64,000 nucleotides of DNA from an uncultured Saprospiraceae bacterium (GTDB taxonomy: Bacteria > Bacteroidota > Bacteroidia > Chitinophagales > Saprospiraceae), in assembly GCA_964643005.1 (NCBI GenBank), contig CAZXQI010000004.1, positions 1,690-65,689 on the forward strand. Reading direction: 5' to 3'. How positions within the stretch are numbered: the first letter of the stretch is position 1; each line of letters starts with the position of its first letter. Made by a program: the position numbers and the translations under genes. Positions 42,277-51,667 of this stretch are shown here, one piece after another. The notes below the pieces were generated by a model. That model did not search any database. It was given only the letters and a program-made list of their open reading frames with translations, and had not been told where the DNA came from.

Positions 42277-42341
42277 AGAAAAAGATTGCCCCGATAGTTA
42301 GTCGCTGTCGGGGCGACCTCTTTTTTGAAAATAAAAGGCGT

Positions 42342-42770
42342 ATGCGGTTTTTACTCCTGATTTCGGCTCTTTTCATCTTCCGGTTTTCCGCCTTTTCCCA
42401 GACCAAAAGACAGCGCTCTCTTGAAAAGCTCGAACATCAGCGCTTCGAGGCCATGACGAAAAAAGATTCCGGTTTTCTCCAAAATATCCTTTCCGATGAG
42501 CTGACCTACACACATTCCAACGGACTTTTTGAAACGAAGGAAGAGCACCTTGAAAACATCCGCGACGGGAAACTCATTTACAAGTCCATGCAGCCGGAAG
42601 GCATGAAAATTAAAGTGCATGGCAGAGCTGCCGTCATCACCGGATTCGTCCAAGTCGCCGGCCTCCTGAACGGGAAAGAATTCGATGTCCGGCTGAACTA
42701 CACGGACGTTTATTTTAGAAAAAGAGGAAAATGGAAACTAACGGCCTGGCAGTCAGTAAAAGTTGAATAG
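42342..42770 (+). CDS. DUF4440 / SnoaL-like (NTF2 fold) secreted protein
   Basis: The internal ATG gives a signal peptide (MRFLLLISALFIFRFSAFSQ). LSDELTYTHSNG...NYTDVYFRKRGKWKLTAWQS is typical of DUF4440. Confidence 0.7.
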   Translation: MRFLLLISALFIFRFSAFSQTKRQRSLEKLEHQRFEAMTKKDSGFLQNILSDELTYTHSNGLFETKEEHLENIRDGKLIYKSMQPEGMKIKVHGRAAVITGFVQVAGLLNGKEFDVRLNYTDVYFRKRGKWKLTAWQSVKVE

Positions 42771-42827
42771 CAGCGCAGGCGAAAAAGAGAACCTGAATTT
42801 CTGAAAATCTATTGCCATTATTTTTAA

Positions 42828-43442
42828 ATGTTTGTACGCCATCGTCAAAATATCAGGGAAAAACCCGACGAAGAATTGGTGAGCCTGTACCGGTCGGGCG
42901 GCAATTTGGAGCACTTGGGGCTACTGTACGAGCGCTATATGGAACTCGTGTACGGCGTCTGCCTCAAGTATTTTAAAGACAGCTCCAAGGCGCAGGACGG
43001 CGTGATGAATGTCTTTGAGATTTTGACGGAGAAAGTAAAGACGCAGGAAATCCGCCAATTCCGTCCCTGGCTCCACGTCGTAGCCAAAAACCATTGCCTG
43101 ATGGAACTGCGCAAGAAAAACATCACCGTTTCTTTCGATGAAATGCTGCCCTCGACGCAGGCGGAAGTTGTGCAATCTGCCGGCTCTGTGCATCCAGTGG
43201 ACATCTTTGAGGAAGACGGTCAGGAGCAGGCTTTGAAGAGATGTTTAGAGCGCCTTTCTCATCCACAAAAACAATGCGTCGAGCAGTTTTATTTTGAAAA
43301 TAAATCCTACAAAGAAATTGCAGATCTGTACAGAGAAGAACTTGGAACCGTGCGCTCTCACATCCAGAATGGTCGCAGGAATCTCAGAATTTGTATGGAA
43401 AAAGCAAACCCTGCTGCCGGTCGAAACTATGCTGACCAATGA
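42828..43442 (+). CDS. RNA polymerase ECF-type sigma-70 factor
   Basis: 204 aa. Region 2 (LYERYMELVYGVCLKYFKD...FRPWLHVVAKN) and region 4 (SYKEIADLYREELGTVRSHIQNGRRNL). Confidence 0.85.
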   Translation: MFVRHRQNIREKPDEELVSLYRSGGNLEHLGLLYERYMELVYGVCLKYFKDSSKAQDGVMNVFEILTEKVKTQEIRQFRPWLHVVAKNHCLMELRKKNITVSFDEMLPSTQAEVVQSAGSVHPVDIFEEDGQEQALKRCLERLSHPQKQCVEQFYFENKSYKEIADLYREELGTVRSHIQNGRRNLRICMEKANPAAGRNYADQ

Positions 43443-44296
43443 GAGTTGAAACTGAAAATAAAAACTGGAAGGAGCTGCTCCATTGCTGGCTCAATGGCGA
43501 GGCTCGCCGGGAAGACGAGCGATCCCTGGACGCCCTGGCAAAGGACGATCCCTTCCTGAGCGAGGCCTTAGAGGGCTACAGGTCGGCGCCGGAAGAAGAC
43601 CATGCCGCCAGAATAGCCAGCCTGAAAGCGAATCTGCAAAGGCGAACATCTAAGCGACGAGGCGTCGGTTTTTATATGCTCCGCATCGCCGCCATCGGCG
43701 CTGTGCTTATGGCTGCCTGGTTCGCCTTCATGCAGTTTGGCGCTCAGAATCGGGAGGAGACGGCCACGGCCTATGTACAAGATACCGTGCAGGATAGAGC
43801 GAATGAAAGCTCCGCAGACGCTCTGATGGAGGAGGCGCCGGAAGATGAAGAAGTTGCAGAGTCTAATTCTCTCCATGAAAAAACCACTGCAAAGAGTAGC
43901 AGAAGTAAAGCCCCGGCGCCGGTTGCAGAGGCGCCGGCTCCACCGGAAGAGAACCTCAGCGTATCTCCCCAACTCGGCGCTGAACAAATTGCAGATAAAG
44001 CCATAGCGCCGCCCAAAGAGATATTTTCGCAAGCTTCCGGCCCTGAAGGTGGCTTTGAAAAATTTGAAAAGTATCTAAAGGAAAACCTGCGCCGCCCCGC
44101 CGCCGCAGTACAGGCGGGTCTGAGCGGTGCGGTGAGCGTCCGCTTTCGGATTCAGGCCGACGGGCGCCCGACAGATTTTGAAATTACAAAATCGCTGGGA
44201 GGCGGCTATGACGAAGAAGCTATCCGCCTTTTGAAAGAAGGCCCCATCTGGGAAGGAGTGCGAGACACTATTGCTGAATATACGTTCGAGTTCTAA
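43439..44296 (+). CDS. putative anti-sigma factor with single TM helix and TonB C-terminal domain
   Basis: 285 aa. Its start overlaps the sigma gene stop (ATGA). One TM helix (LRIAAIGAVLMAAWFAF), a Pro/Ala-rich linker, and a TonB_C-like GAVSVRFRIQADGRPTDFEITKSLGGGYDEEAIRLL. Confidence 0.7.
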   Translation: MRVETENKNWKELLHCWLNGEARREDERSLDALAKDDPFLSEALEGYRSAPEEDHAARIASLKANLQRRTSKRRGVGFYMLRIAAIGAVLMAAWFAFMQFGAQNREETATAYVQDTVQDRANESSADALMEEAPEDEEVAESNSLHEKTTAKSSRSKAPAPVAEAPAPPEENLSVSPQLGAEQIADKAIAPPKEIFSQASGPEGGFEKFEKYLKENLRRPAAAVQAGLSGAVSVRFRIQADGRPTDFEITKSLGGGYDEEAIRLLKEGPIWEGVRDTIAEYTFEF

Positions 44297-44533
44297 GATT
44301 CCCGACTGGGATTCGCCCCGATAACTGCTGCGAATACGGGAAAGGGAGGATACTGTCAATCGTGTATTCAGGGCGACTAAATGCTTCTCTTCACTTTCAT
44401 CCTCTCTCCTGATTTTTTGGCCGCTGCAATCATTTTGTAACTTGCCCACTCTTTTTTAAAAACAGGGAGGCTCGGCCAGACGGGAGATTTTTGCTTCAAA
44501 CGCCATTTTCCTTCCTCTTTTAATTTAAAAAAA

Positions 44534-45934
44534 ATGAAAATTAAGTTTTGCGGGGCGGCTCGGGAGGTCACGGGGAGCGCTCACCTACTCACATTAGACG
44601 ATGGATTTAAAATCCTGCTCGACTGCGGCTTGTATCAGGGCTCGGACAAGAAAATGAAGGATTTTAATGAAAAATGGCTTTTCAATCCCGAAGAAATCAA
44701 TTGCGTCATTTTATCGCATGCGCATATTGACCATTCTGGCCGCCTGCCCAAACTGGTAAAAGACGGCTTCAAGGGCCCGATTTATTGCACGCATGCCACC
44801 AGCAGCCTGACTCCGCTCATGCTCATGGACAGCGCTCTAATTCAGGAACGCGACGCCGAGTATGCCGGCAGAAAGAAGGGAAACGACCAGGAAGAAGTGG
44901 AAGCGCTGTACACCAAAGAAGACGCCCAGAGAACCACGGAGCGGCTAATCAGCTACGGGTATGGGCGCAAATTTGAAGTCTATCCGGGAGTAGAGGTCGA
45001 GTTTCGGGACGCCGGGCATATCCTGGGCAGCGCCAACGTGGCCTTGAGTATTCGGGAAAAGAACGGCAATATTCTCCGCCTCGGATTCACCGGCGACATT
45101 GGACGCCCCAATCGCCCTATCCTGCGCAACCCACAGCCGATGGATCCCATGGACTACATCATCACCGAATCTACTTACGGCGACAAAGACCACGAGTCGG
45201 CGCCCAATGAAATAGAGCGCCTACGGCAGATTATAGAGCATACCTGTTTTGAAAAAAGGGGAAAACTCATCATCCCCGCCTTTAGCGTCGGGCGGACGCA
45301 GGAACTCGTCTTCATGCTCGATAAATTGGAGAGCAAGGGCAAGCTGTCTCGACTGCCGGTTTATGTGGATAGCCCTTTGGCTGTAAATGCCACGCTGATT
45401 TTTGGCTCTCATCCGGAGTGTTACGACGCGGAACTGAGCGCTTATATTTTGAAAGACCCCAATCCCTTTGGATTCAACAGCCTGACCTATATCAAAGAAG
45501 TGGAGCAATCCAAGCGCCTCAACACTTCCAAAGAGTCGTGCATCATCATCAGCGCTTCCGGTATGGCCAATGCAGGCCGGGTGAAGCACCATATTTTTAA
45601 TCACATGACCGACTCTAAAAACACCATTCTCATCGTCGGTTACTGCTCGCCGGATACGCCCGGAGGGGCGCTGAGGAACGGCGCCAAAACGCTCAAACTC
45701 TTTGGCGAAGAAAAGCCGGTGCGCTGCGCGGTTGAAGTGATGGATTCCTTTTCCGCTCATGCCGACCGTTCGGAGATTTCGCAATTTTTGGCCAACCAGG
45801 CTAAATCTGCAAAGAAGACGTTTCTGGTACACGGCGAAATTGAAAAACAGGAAAGCCTGAAATCCCTGCTTGAAACGCAGGGATTTAGAAAAATTGAAAT
45901 TCCTGTTTTGGGACAGGAGTTCAATATTTTCTAA
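44534..45934 (+). CDS. MBL-fold metallo-hydrolase with beta-CASP domain (RNA-metabolising type)
   Basis: 466 aa. HAHIDHSG (HxHxDH), a later ESTYGD, and a C-terminal SAHAD motif typical of the beta-CASP RNase/CPSF-like family. Confidence 0.85.
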   Translation: MKIKFCGAAREVTGSAHLLTLDDGFKILLDCGLYQGSDKKMKDFNEKWLFNPEEINCVILSHAHIDHSGRLPKLVKDGFKGPIYCTHATSSLTPLMLMDSALIQERDAEYAGRKKGNDQEEVEALYTKEDAQRTTERLISYGYGRKFEVYPGVEVEFRDAGHILGSANVALSIREKNGNILRLGFTGDIGRPNRPILRNPQPMDPMDYIITESTYGDKDHESAPNEIERLRQIIEHTCFEKRGKLIIPAFSVGRTQELVFMLDKLESKGKLSRLPVYVDSPLAVNATLIFGSHPECYDAELSAYILKDPNPFGFNSLTYIKEVEQSKRLNTSKESCIIISASGMANAGRVKHHIFNHMTDSKNTILIVGYCSPDTPGGALRNGAKTLKLFGEEKPVRCAVEVMDSFSAHADRSEISQFLANQAKSAKKTFLVHGEIEKQESLKSLLETQGFRKIEIPVLGQEFNIF

Positions 45935-46165
45935 AGCAAAGCGTAGCTTTGGCGGCGATTGACGATCGCCCGCTTTAGTTTAGATTCTGTTTGTGAAAAA
46001 AAACTTTTTACCGCCTCCATGAAAGGCTGCCCGACACACTCACCTATTAAAAATATTTCTAACCCATGTTTCAGGAGTTAACAGCCAAAGCCTTTTTTGT
46101 ATCGTTAATTTTTTGAAACTTTTTGCCTGGCCTCCTATGGAGGGCGAGGTTCAAACACGTACCCG

Positions 46166-47701
46166 ATGAAATGGATGTCTGCTTTCTTTCTCTCTTTTCT
46201 TGTGATCGGATTATTTAGTTGTAAGAAAATCAATGACTTAGGAGATACTGAAATCCTAAGTAGCGAAACGGAATTTGCCATTCCTCTGTTTACGGCAAAA
46301 ACGACCATACAGGATTTACTGGAGTCTTTCGACGAAAACACTTACATAGAAATTGGGGAGTCTGGTGTAATACACCTTCGCTATAAAGGCGACGTGCTCT
46401 CCCAGCAGGCCGAAGAGTTTTTCGTGGAAACCCGCCAAAAACTGCCGCCCCTCATTCCCTTAGAAGATACGCTGTACGCTATGCCCTTCTCTGCGCCGGA
46501 ACAATTGGAAGTGGATTTTGCCACTTTTAAATCGGGGACGATCGGCCTGGCCATTCTCTCTGATTACGTTGGCATGGTGGATCTTAAAGTCACCGTTCTA
46601 CAGGCTGTCAAAAATGGACAGCCGCTGACGCTCAATACCAAATTCCAGTCTCCCGCCGGCTCGGAACCCGTCTTCTTCTTCTATCCCCCCGAGTCGGTAG
46701 AAACCAAAGGTTTTAACCTGGTTCCCAAAGACGGAGCGCTAAACATTCGCTACGAAGCTTTTACCGAAACCGGAGAGCGCATCAAACTGCCCTTTATCGG
46801 CTTAGTCAATCAGAACATAGACTTTTCCTACCTCGAAGGCTATCTGGGAAATTTTAAACACAAAGGAAAAAGGGACAGCATCTCCATTGATTTTTTTAAA
46901 AATTGGATTCAGGGAGATGTCTTTTTTGAAAAACCCGTCATCCAGATTCACATTGACAATGCTTTTGGAGTGCCCACCCGATCTTCCATTGACATCTTTG
47001 ATATCCTGACCGCCGACGGGAAGCGAATCCCCCTGCAAAGCGACTTCATCACAGAGACGGGTATTGACTTCGTCTATCCGGCTAACAATGAGGTGGGGCA
47101 GACGAAAAGCATGACCTTCGTATTCAATGCCAACAATTCCAATATTGAAGAGGTGCTTAGCTCCAGACCCACTGCATTGGACTACAAGGTGGACGCCATC
47201 ATGAACCCCGACAGCTTAGTAGATGAAAGAGGCTTCATCACGGACAGCAGCTACTACCGAATCCAGGTGGAGGTGGATCTCCCTCTGCACGGGCGGGCTT
47301 CCGGCTTCGGGGTGAGAGATACTTTCGACGTCAATTTTGAAAATTACGACGATGTAAAAGAAGTGGAATTCAAGATGATTGCCGACAATAGAATGCCGCT
47401 GAGCTTAGAGGGTCAGCTATATTTCCTTGACGAAAACAGCTTTGTGCTGGATTCTCTCTTTGACCAATATACGGAACTAGTGGCGTCGGCGCCGGTGAAT
47501 GAATATGGCTTTCCGAGTAGCCAGGTTTCTAAGACCAACTACGCTAATCTCTCCGCAGACAAGTTTGAACGCCTGCGGCACTGCAAAAAACTGGCGCTGC
47601 TCGCCTCCTTTTCTACGACTAATCGCGGCCAGCAAACCATTAAAGTTTCCTATGGAATGGATGCCAGCATCCGCATGGGCATGAAGCTAAAAACTAACTA
47701 A
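46166..47701 (+). CDS. hypothetical lipoprotein
   Basis: 511 aa. Signal plus lipobox (LVIGLFSCKK). No recognised motif. Confidence 0.6.
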   Translation: MKWMSAFFLSFLVIGLFSCKKINDLGDTEILSSETEFAIPLFTAKTTIQDLLESFDENTYIEIGESGVIHLRYKGDVLSQQAEEFFVETRQKLPPLIPLEDTLYAMPFSAPEQLEVDFATFKSGTIGLAILSDYVGMVDLKVTVLQAVKNGQPLTLNTKFQSPAGSEPVFFFYPPESVETKGFNLVPKDGALNIRYEAFTETGERIKLPFIGLVNQNIDFSYLEGYLGNFKHKGKRDSISIDFFKNWIQGDVFFEKPVIQIHIDNAFGVPTRSSIDIFDILTADGKRIPLQSDFITETGIDFVYPANNEVGQTKSMTFVFNANNSNIEEVLSSRPTALDYKVDAIMNPDSLVDERGFITDSSYYRIQVEVDLPLHGRASGFGVRDTFDVNFENYDDVKEVEFKMIADNRMPLSLEGQLYFLDENSFVLDSLFDQYTELVASAPVNEYGFPSSQVSKTNYANLSADKFERLRHCKKLALLASFSTTNRGQQTIKVSYGMDASIRMGMKLKTN

Positions 47702-47712
47702 CCAATTTTTTT

Positions 47713-49026
47713 ATGAAACTTAAAATCATAATACTTCTGACATTTCTGGCCGGCCCAATGCTGGCGCAACAGGAACTGGGACTCGGCCTGATGCGGCACG
47801 TCTGGCAGACCAACAAAACCAATCCTGCGCTCGTGCAGCCCCAGAAAATAGTTGTCGAGCTGCCCGGACTGAGGAACAACCTCTCTTTTGACGGCCCCAC
47901 TTACAACCAGATTATCAGCCGACAAAACGGTGAAAAAGTCATTGATATTGACCGACTTATCAATCACCTCCTTCCAGAAAATACCATTCGGGAAGACCTT
48001 GATATTCCAACATTAGGTCTGGCTTTTCGCATAGGGAATTTGAGCCTAAGCCTTGATCACTCCCTGAAATACCACGCTTTTATCAAATTTCCAAAAGCGC
48101 TACCCCAACTGATATGGCAGGGAAACGCCCAATTTATCGACCAGACAGTGGATATGAGCAACGAAGTACAGGTCACCGGCTATCACCAACTCGCATTGGG
48201 GCTTGCCTACCAATTCGGCAGCCTGACGCTCGGCGCCAAAGCCAAATACCTCGGCGGCATTGCCGACGCTTCATCGGACAAAAACCACCACGCCGCTTCG
48301 TTTTATACCAGTCCCGATGTTTATCAAATTTCGCTGAGAGGCGACTATATACTGCACACGGCCAATTCCATTGACTATCAGGGGATCGAAGATTTCGACG
48401 CCGACTTTGCCTTCGGCCAGTTGACGCTCGATCGGTTTTTAACCCAAAACAAGGGCATGGCGCTCGACTTTGGAGCGAGGCTCGAACTGGGCAAACTCGA
48501 CCTGTCCGCCAGCGTGATTGACATCGGAAAAATCGACTGGAACAAAGACGTGAGGAATTATTCAGCCACTCGTAATTACTCTTACAACGGCCTCGATTTT
48601 TCACAGGCTCTCACGGGAGGCGACGTCCAATTCGGCAATGCCTTAGACACCCTGAAGGAACTCTTTCAGGTAGATGAAAGCGCAGTGGGTTATTCCAGCC
48701 AGATTCCCCGAAAAATATACGTCACGGCTGTCTATCAGCTAAACAAGCTGCTGAGTATCAGCGGGATATTTTTTAATGAAAACTTCAGAGGAGTTTCCAC
48801 CTCGGCGGGCGGTCTGGGCGCTAACCTCGCCCTCGGAAAGGTTCTGAATGTCGGCGGGATGTACGCTGTAAAAGGAAACAGCTACGACAACATCGGCCTC
48901 AACCTGACGCTGAAATTAGGCCCGCTGCAAATGTTCTGCGCGACTGATAACGTCATCGCCTTAGTTGATTCCGGCAATGCAAAAAATTTTAGCGCCCGCA
49001 TTGGAGGCGCCCTGCTCATCAAATGA
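47713..49026 (+). CDS. hypothetical outer-membrane beta-barrel-like protein
   Basis: 437 aa. Signal peptide ends AQQ. Alternating hydrophobic beta-strand pattern throughout. Starts 11 nt after the lipoprotein gene. Confidence 0.55.
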   Translation: MKLKIIILLTFLAGPMLAQQELGLGLMRHVWQTNKTNPALVQPQKIVVELPGLRNNLSFDGPTYNQIISRQNGEKVIDIDRLINHLLPENTIREDLDIPTLGLAFRIGNLSLSLDHSLKYHAFIKFPKALPQLIWQGNAQFIDQTVDMSNEVQVTGYHQLALGLAYQFGSLTLGAKAKYLGGIADASSDKNHHAASFYTSPDVYQISLRGDYILHTANSIDYQGIEDFDADFAFGQLTLDRFLTQNKGMALDFGARLELGKLDLSASVIDIGKIDWNKDVRNYSATRNYSYNGLDFSQALTGGDVQFGNALDTLKELFQVDESAVGYSSQIPRKIYVTAVYQLNKLLSISGIFFNENFRGVSTSAGGLGANLALGKVLNVGGMYAVKGNSYDNIGLNLTLKLGPLQMFCATDNVIALVDSGNAKNFSARIGGALLIK

Positions 49027-49048
49027 TAGTTCAAAGGATGAAAAAATG

Positions 49049-49090
49049 GACAGCTCCGACATGAACTGAATCTGTCGGGGCTGTCTGCTT
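49049..49090 (+). terminator. hairpin terminator after the 46.2-49.0 kb gene pair
   Basis: 13-bp stem gacagctccgaca/tgtcggggctgtc (one G-U pair), 11-nt loop, weak T tail (tgcttt). Confidence 0.55.
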
Positions 49091-49190
49091 TACAGGCGCA
49101 GAGAGTCGAAACTTTGACCTACTTTTGTGAATGTTTTTTGAAAAAATTCAAAATACGATTTGAAAAACCGGCCATGGCCATCGGAGCCTA

Positions 49191-50168
49191 TTGATGAAAA
49201 TCTCACTGAATACCATCCAGCAGCCCATTGAGGAAGAGCTAAAGCAATTTGAGGGTCATTTTAGAAATGCCATGCGCAGCCATGTGCCCCTGCTGGATCG
49301 AATCATGTACTATATCGTGTCGAGGAAGGGCAAGCAGGTGCGACCCATGTTTGTCTTTCTCAGCGCCAAGCTATGCGGCGAAGTCGGCGAAGCCAGTTAT
49401 ATCGCCGCCTCCTTAGTCGAGCTGCTGCACACCGCCTCCTTAGTCCACGACGACGTTGTGGACGATGCCAATGAGCGACGGGGCTTCTTCTCTATCAATG
49501 CTCTTTGGAAAAATAAGATTGCCGTGCTGGTCGGCGACTACCTGCTGGCGCAGGGTCTTTTGCTCGCCCTGAAAAACAAGAAATTCCGGCTGCTCGAAAT
49601 ACTTTCGGAGGCCGTAAAGGCCATGAGCGAAGGAGAATTGCTCCAGTTGGAAAAGGCTAGAAAACTCGATATCAAAGAGGATGTGTATTTTGAGATTATC
49701 CGCCAGAAAACGGCTTCGCTGATTGCTGCGGCCTGTAGCGCAGGGGCGGCTTCCACCTCTCAGGACGAAAGCGTCATTGAAAATATGCGGCTCTTTGGTG
49801 AAAACATAGGCATCGCTTTCCAAATCAAAGACGACCTCTTCGACTTCGGCTCCGATGATGTAGGCAAGCCGCTGGGGATAGATATTCAGGAAAAAAAGAT
49901 GACCCTCCCGCTTATTTATGCACTGGATAACGCTTCAAAATCGGAGAAGAATTACATCGTCAACCTGATTAAAAGGTATAATAACCGACCTGAAAAAGTA
50001 AAAGAAGTCATCAGCTTCGTCCACCAGAGCGGGGGCTTGGAGTACGCCAAAACCATCATGGAAGAATACAGCGAAAAGGCTTTTAAGATTTTGAACGAGT
50101 TCCCCGAATCCCCATCCCGACAGGCTCTACAGGACTTAGTCATTTTCGTGACGACCAGAAAGAAATAA
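49191..50168 (+). CDS. polyprenyl diphosphate synthase (IspB-like, trans-IPPS)
   Basis: 325 aa. Two Asp-rich motifs, LVHDDVVDD and FQIKDDLFDF. Confidence 0.9.
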   Translation: MMKISLNTIQQPIEEELKQFEGHFRNAMRSHVPLLDRIMYYIVSRKGKQVRPMFVFLSAKLCGEVGEASYIAASLVELLHTASLVHDDVVDDANERRGFFSINALWKNKIAVLVGDYLLAQGLLLALKNKKFRLLEILSEAVKAMSEGELLQLEKARKLDIKEDVYFEIIRQKTASLIAAACSAGAASTSQDESVIENMRLFGENIGIAFQIKDDLFDFGSDDVGKPLGIDIQEKKMTLPLIYALDNASKSEKNYIVNLIKRYNNRPEKVKEVISFVHQSGGLEYAKTIMEEYSEKAFKILNEFPESPSRQALQDLVIFVTTRKK

Positions 50169-50210
50169 TCCTCCCGGCGCAGTTTTTTTCACCTGTTTTT
50201 TTCAAATATT

Positions 50211-51656
50211 TTAGGATAACTTCCTGACGATCAGTGTATTTGTCGCTTTTGGTTCGGCTTTTCCATTGGAAGCTTTCATCACTTCGCCCATGAAAAACCC
50301 GAGCAATCCCTTTTTGCCTTTGCGGTATTCGGCGACTTTATCGGGATGGGCGGCCAATACCTCGCTCACTATTTTTTCCAAAAAATCTGTGTCGGCAGTT
50401 TGAATGAGTTGGAGAGACCGAGCCAGCTCCAAAAGAGGCGCATCGGGTTTTTCTATCATTTCTGTGAAAAGATGCTGGTAAGCGGCGGAGGCGCTCACTT
50501 TGCCGTCTTCGATGAGTTGGATAAATTCGGCCAGGCGCTCAAAAGAGAGGGGGAAATCATCCGGCGCCGTATCCATTTCGGAGAGCCAGGGATTGATCTT
50601 GTTGACGATCAGGTTAGCCGCCGCTTTATAGTGAGTCGTTTTTTCTGCGAGCTGGATGAAAAACAAAGCCGTCGACTTCTCCACCGTGAGCAGATTTGCG
50701 TCGTATTCCGGCAGTTGATATTCGCTGACAAATTTTTCAAAAAGCGCTCTGGGCAGAGGAGACAATTGCGCCTGTATCTCGTCTATCCACTCCTGTGTCA
50801 GGCGTAGCGGGGGAAGGTCCGGGTCGGGAAAATAGCGGTAGTCGTGGGCGCTCTCTTTATCCCTGATGGGCGTTGTGACCCCGGTATAGGGATTGAAGTT
50901 CAGGGTCGCCCGGGTGATGAGTTGTCCGCTTTCGAGCAGGTCTATCTGTCGCTTAAATTCGTACTCGATGGCCTGTCGGGCGAACTTCATGGAGTTTACA
51001 TTTTTAATCTCGCAGCGTTCGCCGAGGCGGGTATCGCCCTTTTTTCTGACGGAAACGTTCACATCGCAACGCATGGAGCCTTCCTGCATATTGCCGTCGG
51101 AGATATCGAGATAGCGAGCCAGTTGGCGAATAGCCGTCATGAGGGCGTCCGCTTCTTCTCCCGAGCGGAGATCTGGTTCGGTGACAATTTCGAGCAGGGG
51201 CACGCCGGCTCTGTTGAGGTCTATCAGCGAATTTTCAGGGTCGAGATCGTGAATGGATTTCCCTGCGTCTTCCTCCATGTGGATATGGTGAATGCGCAGG
51301 GTACGGCGGTAGTTGTCTAAGTGCAATTCCAAATGGCCGCCTAAGCAAATGGGTTGTCTGTCCTGGGTAATTTGATAGCCCTTTGGCAGGTCGGTGTAGA
51401 AGTAATTCTTTCGGTCGAAGCTATTGTTCAGATTGACGACGCTGCCTAAGGCCAGGCCTAAGCGCACCGCATATTCGACCTGCTTTTTATTCAGGCGCGG
51501 CAGCGTCCCGGGATGCCCCAGAGAGATGGCGCCGACATGGGTGTTCGGCTCTCCGCCAAAACTCGCATCGTCGCCACAAAAAGCCTTGCTTAGTGTGGAC
51601 AACTGGAGGTGGATTTCCAGCCCGATCACCGGCTCGTATTGATCGTATATACTCAT
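50211..51656 (-). CDS. gatB: Asp-tRNA(Asn)/Glu-tRNA(Gln) amidotransferase subunit B
   Basis: 481 aa. Has YEPVIGLEIHLQL, NRAGVPLLEIVTEPD and a C-terminal GatB/YqeY domain. Confidence 0.95.
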   Translation of the reverse strand: MSIYDQYEPVIGLEIHLQLSTLSKAFCGDDASFGGEPNTHVGAISLGHPGTLPRLNKKQVEYAVRLGLALGSVVNLNNSFDRKNYFYTDLPKGYQITQDRQPICLGGHLELHLDNYRRTLRIHHIHMEEDAGKSIHDLDPENSLIDLNRAGVPLLEIVTEPDLRSGEEADALMTAIRQLARYLDISDGNMQEGSMRCDVNVSVRKKGDTRLGERCEIKNVNSMKFARQAIEYEFKRQIDLLESGQLITRATLNFNPYTGVTTPIRDKESAHDYRYFPDPDLPPLRLTQEWIDEIQAQLSPLPRALFEKFVSEYQLPEYDANLLTVEKSTALFFIQLAEKTTHYKAAANLIVNKINPWLSEMDTAPDDFPLSFERLAEFIQLIEDGKVSASAAYQHLFTEMIEKPDAPLLELARSLQLIQTADTDFLEKIVSEVLAAHPDKVAEYRKGKKGLLGFFMGEVMKASNGKAEPKATNTLIVRKLS

Positions 51657-51667
51657 GCCTTAAAAGT

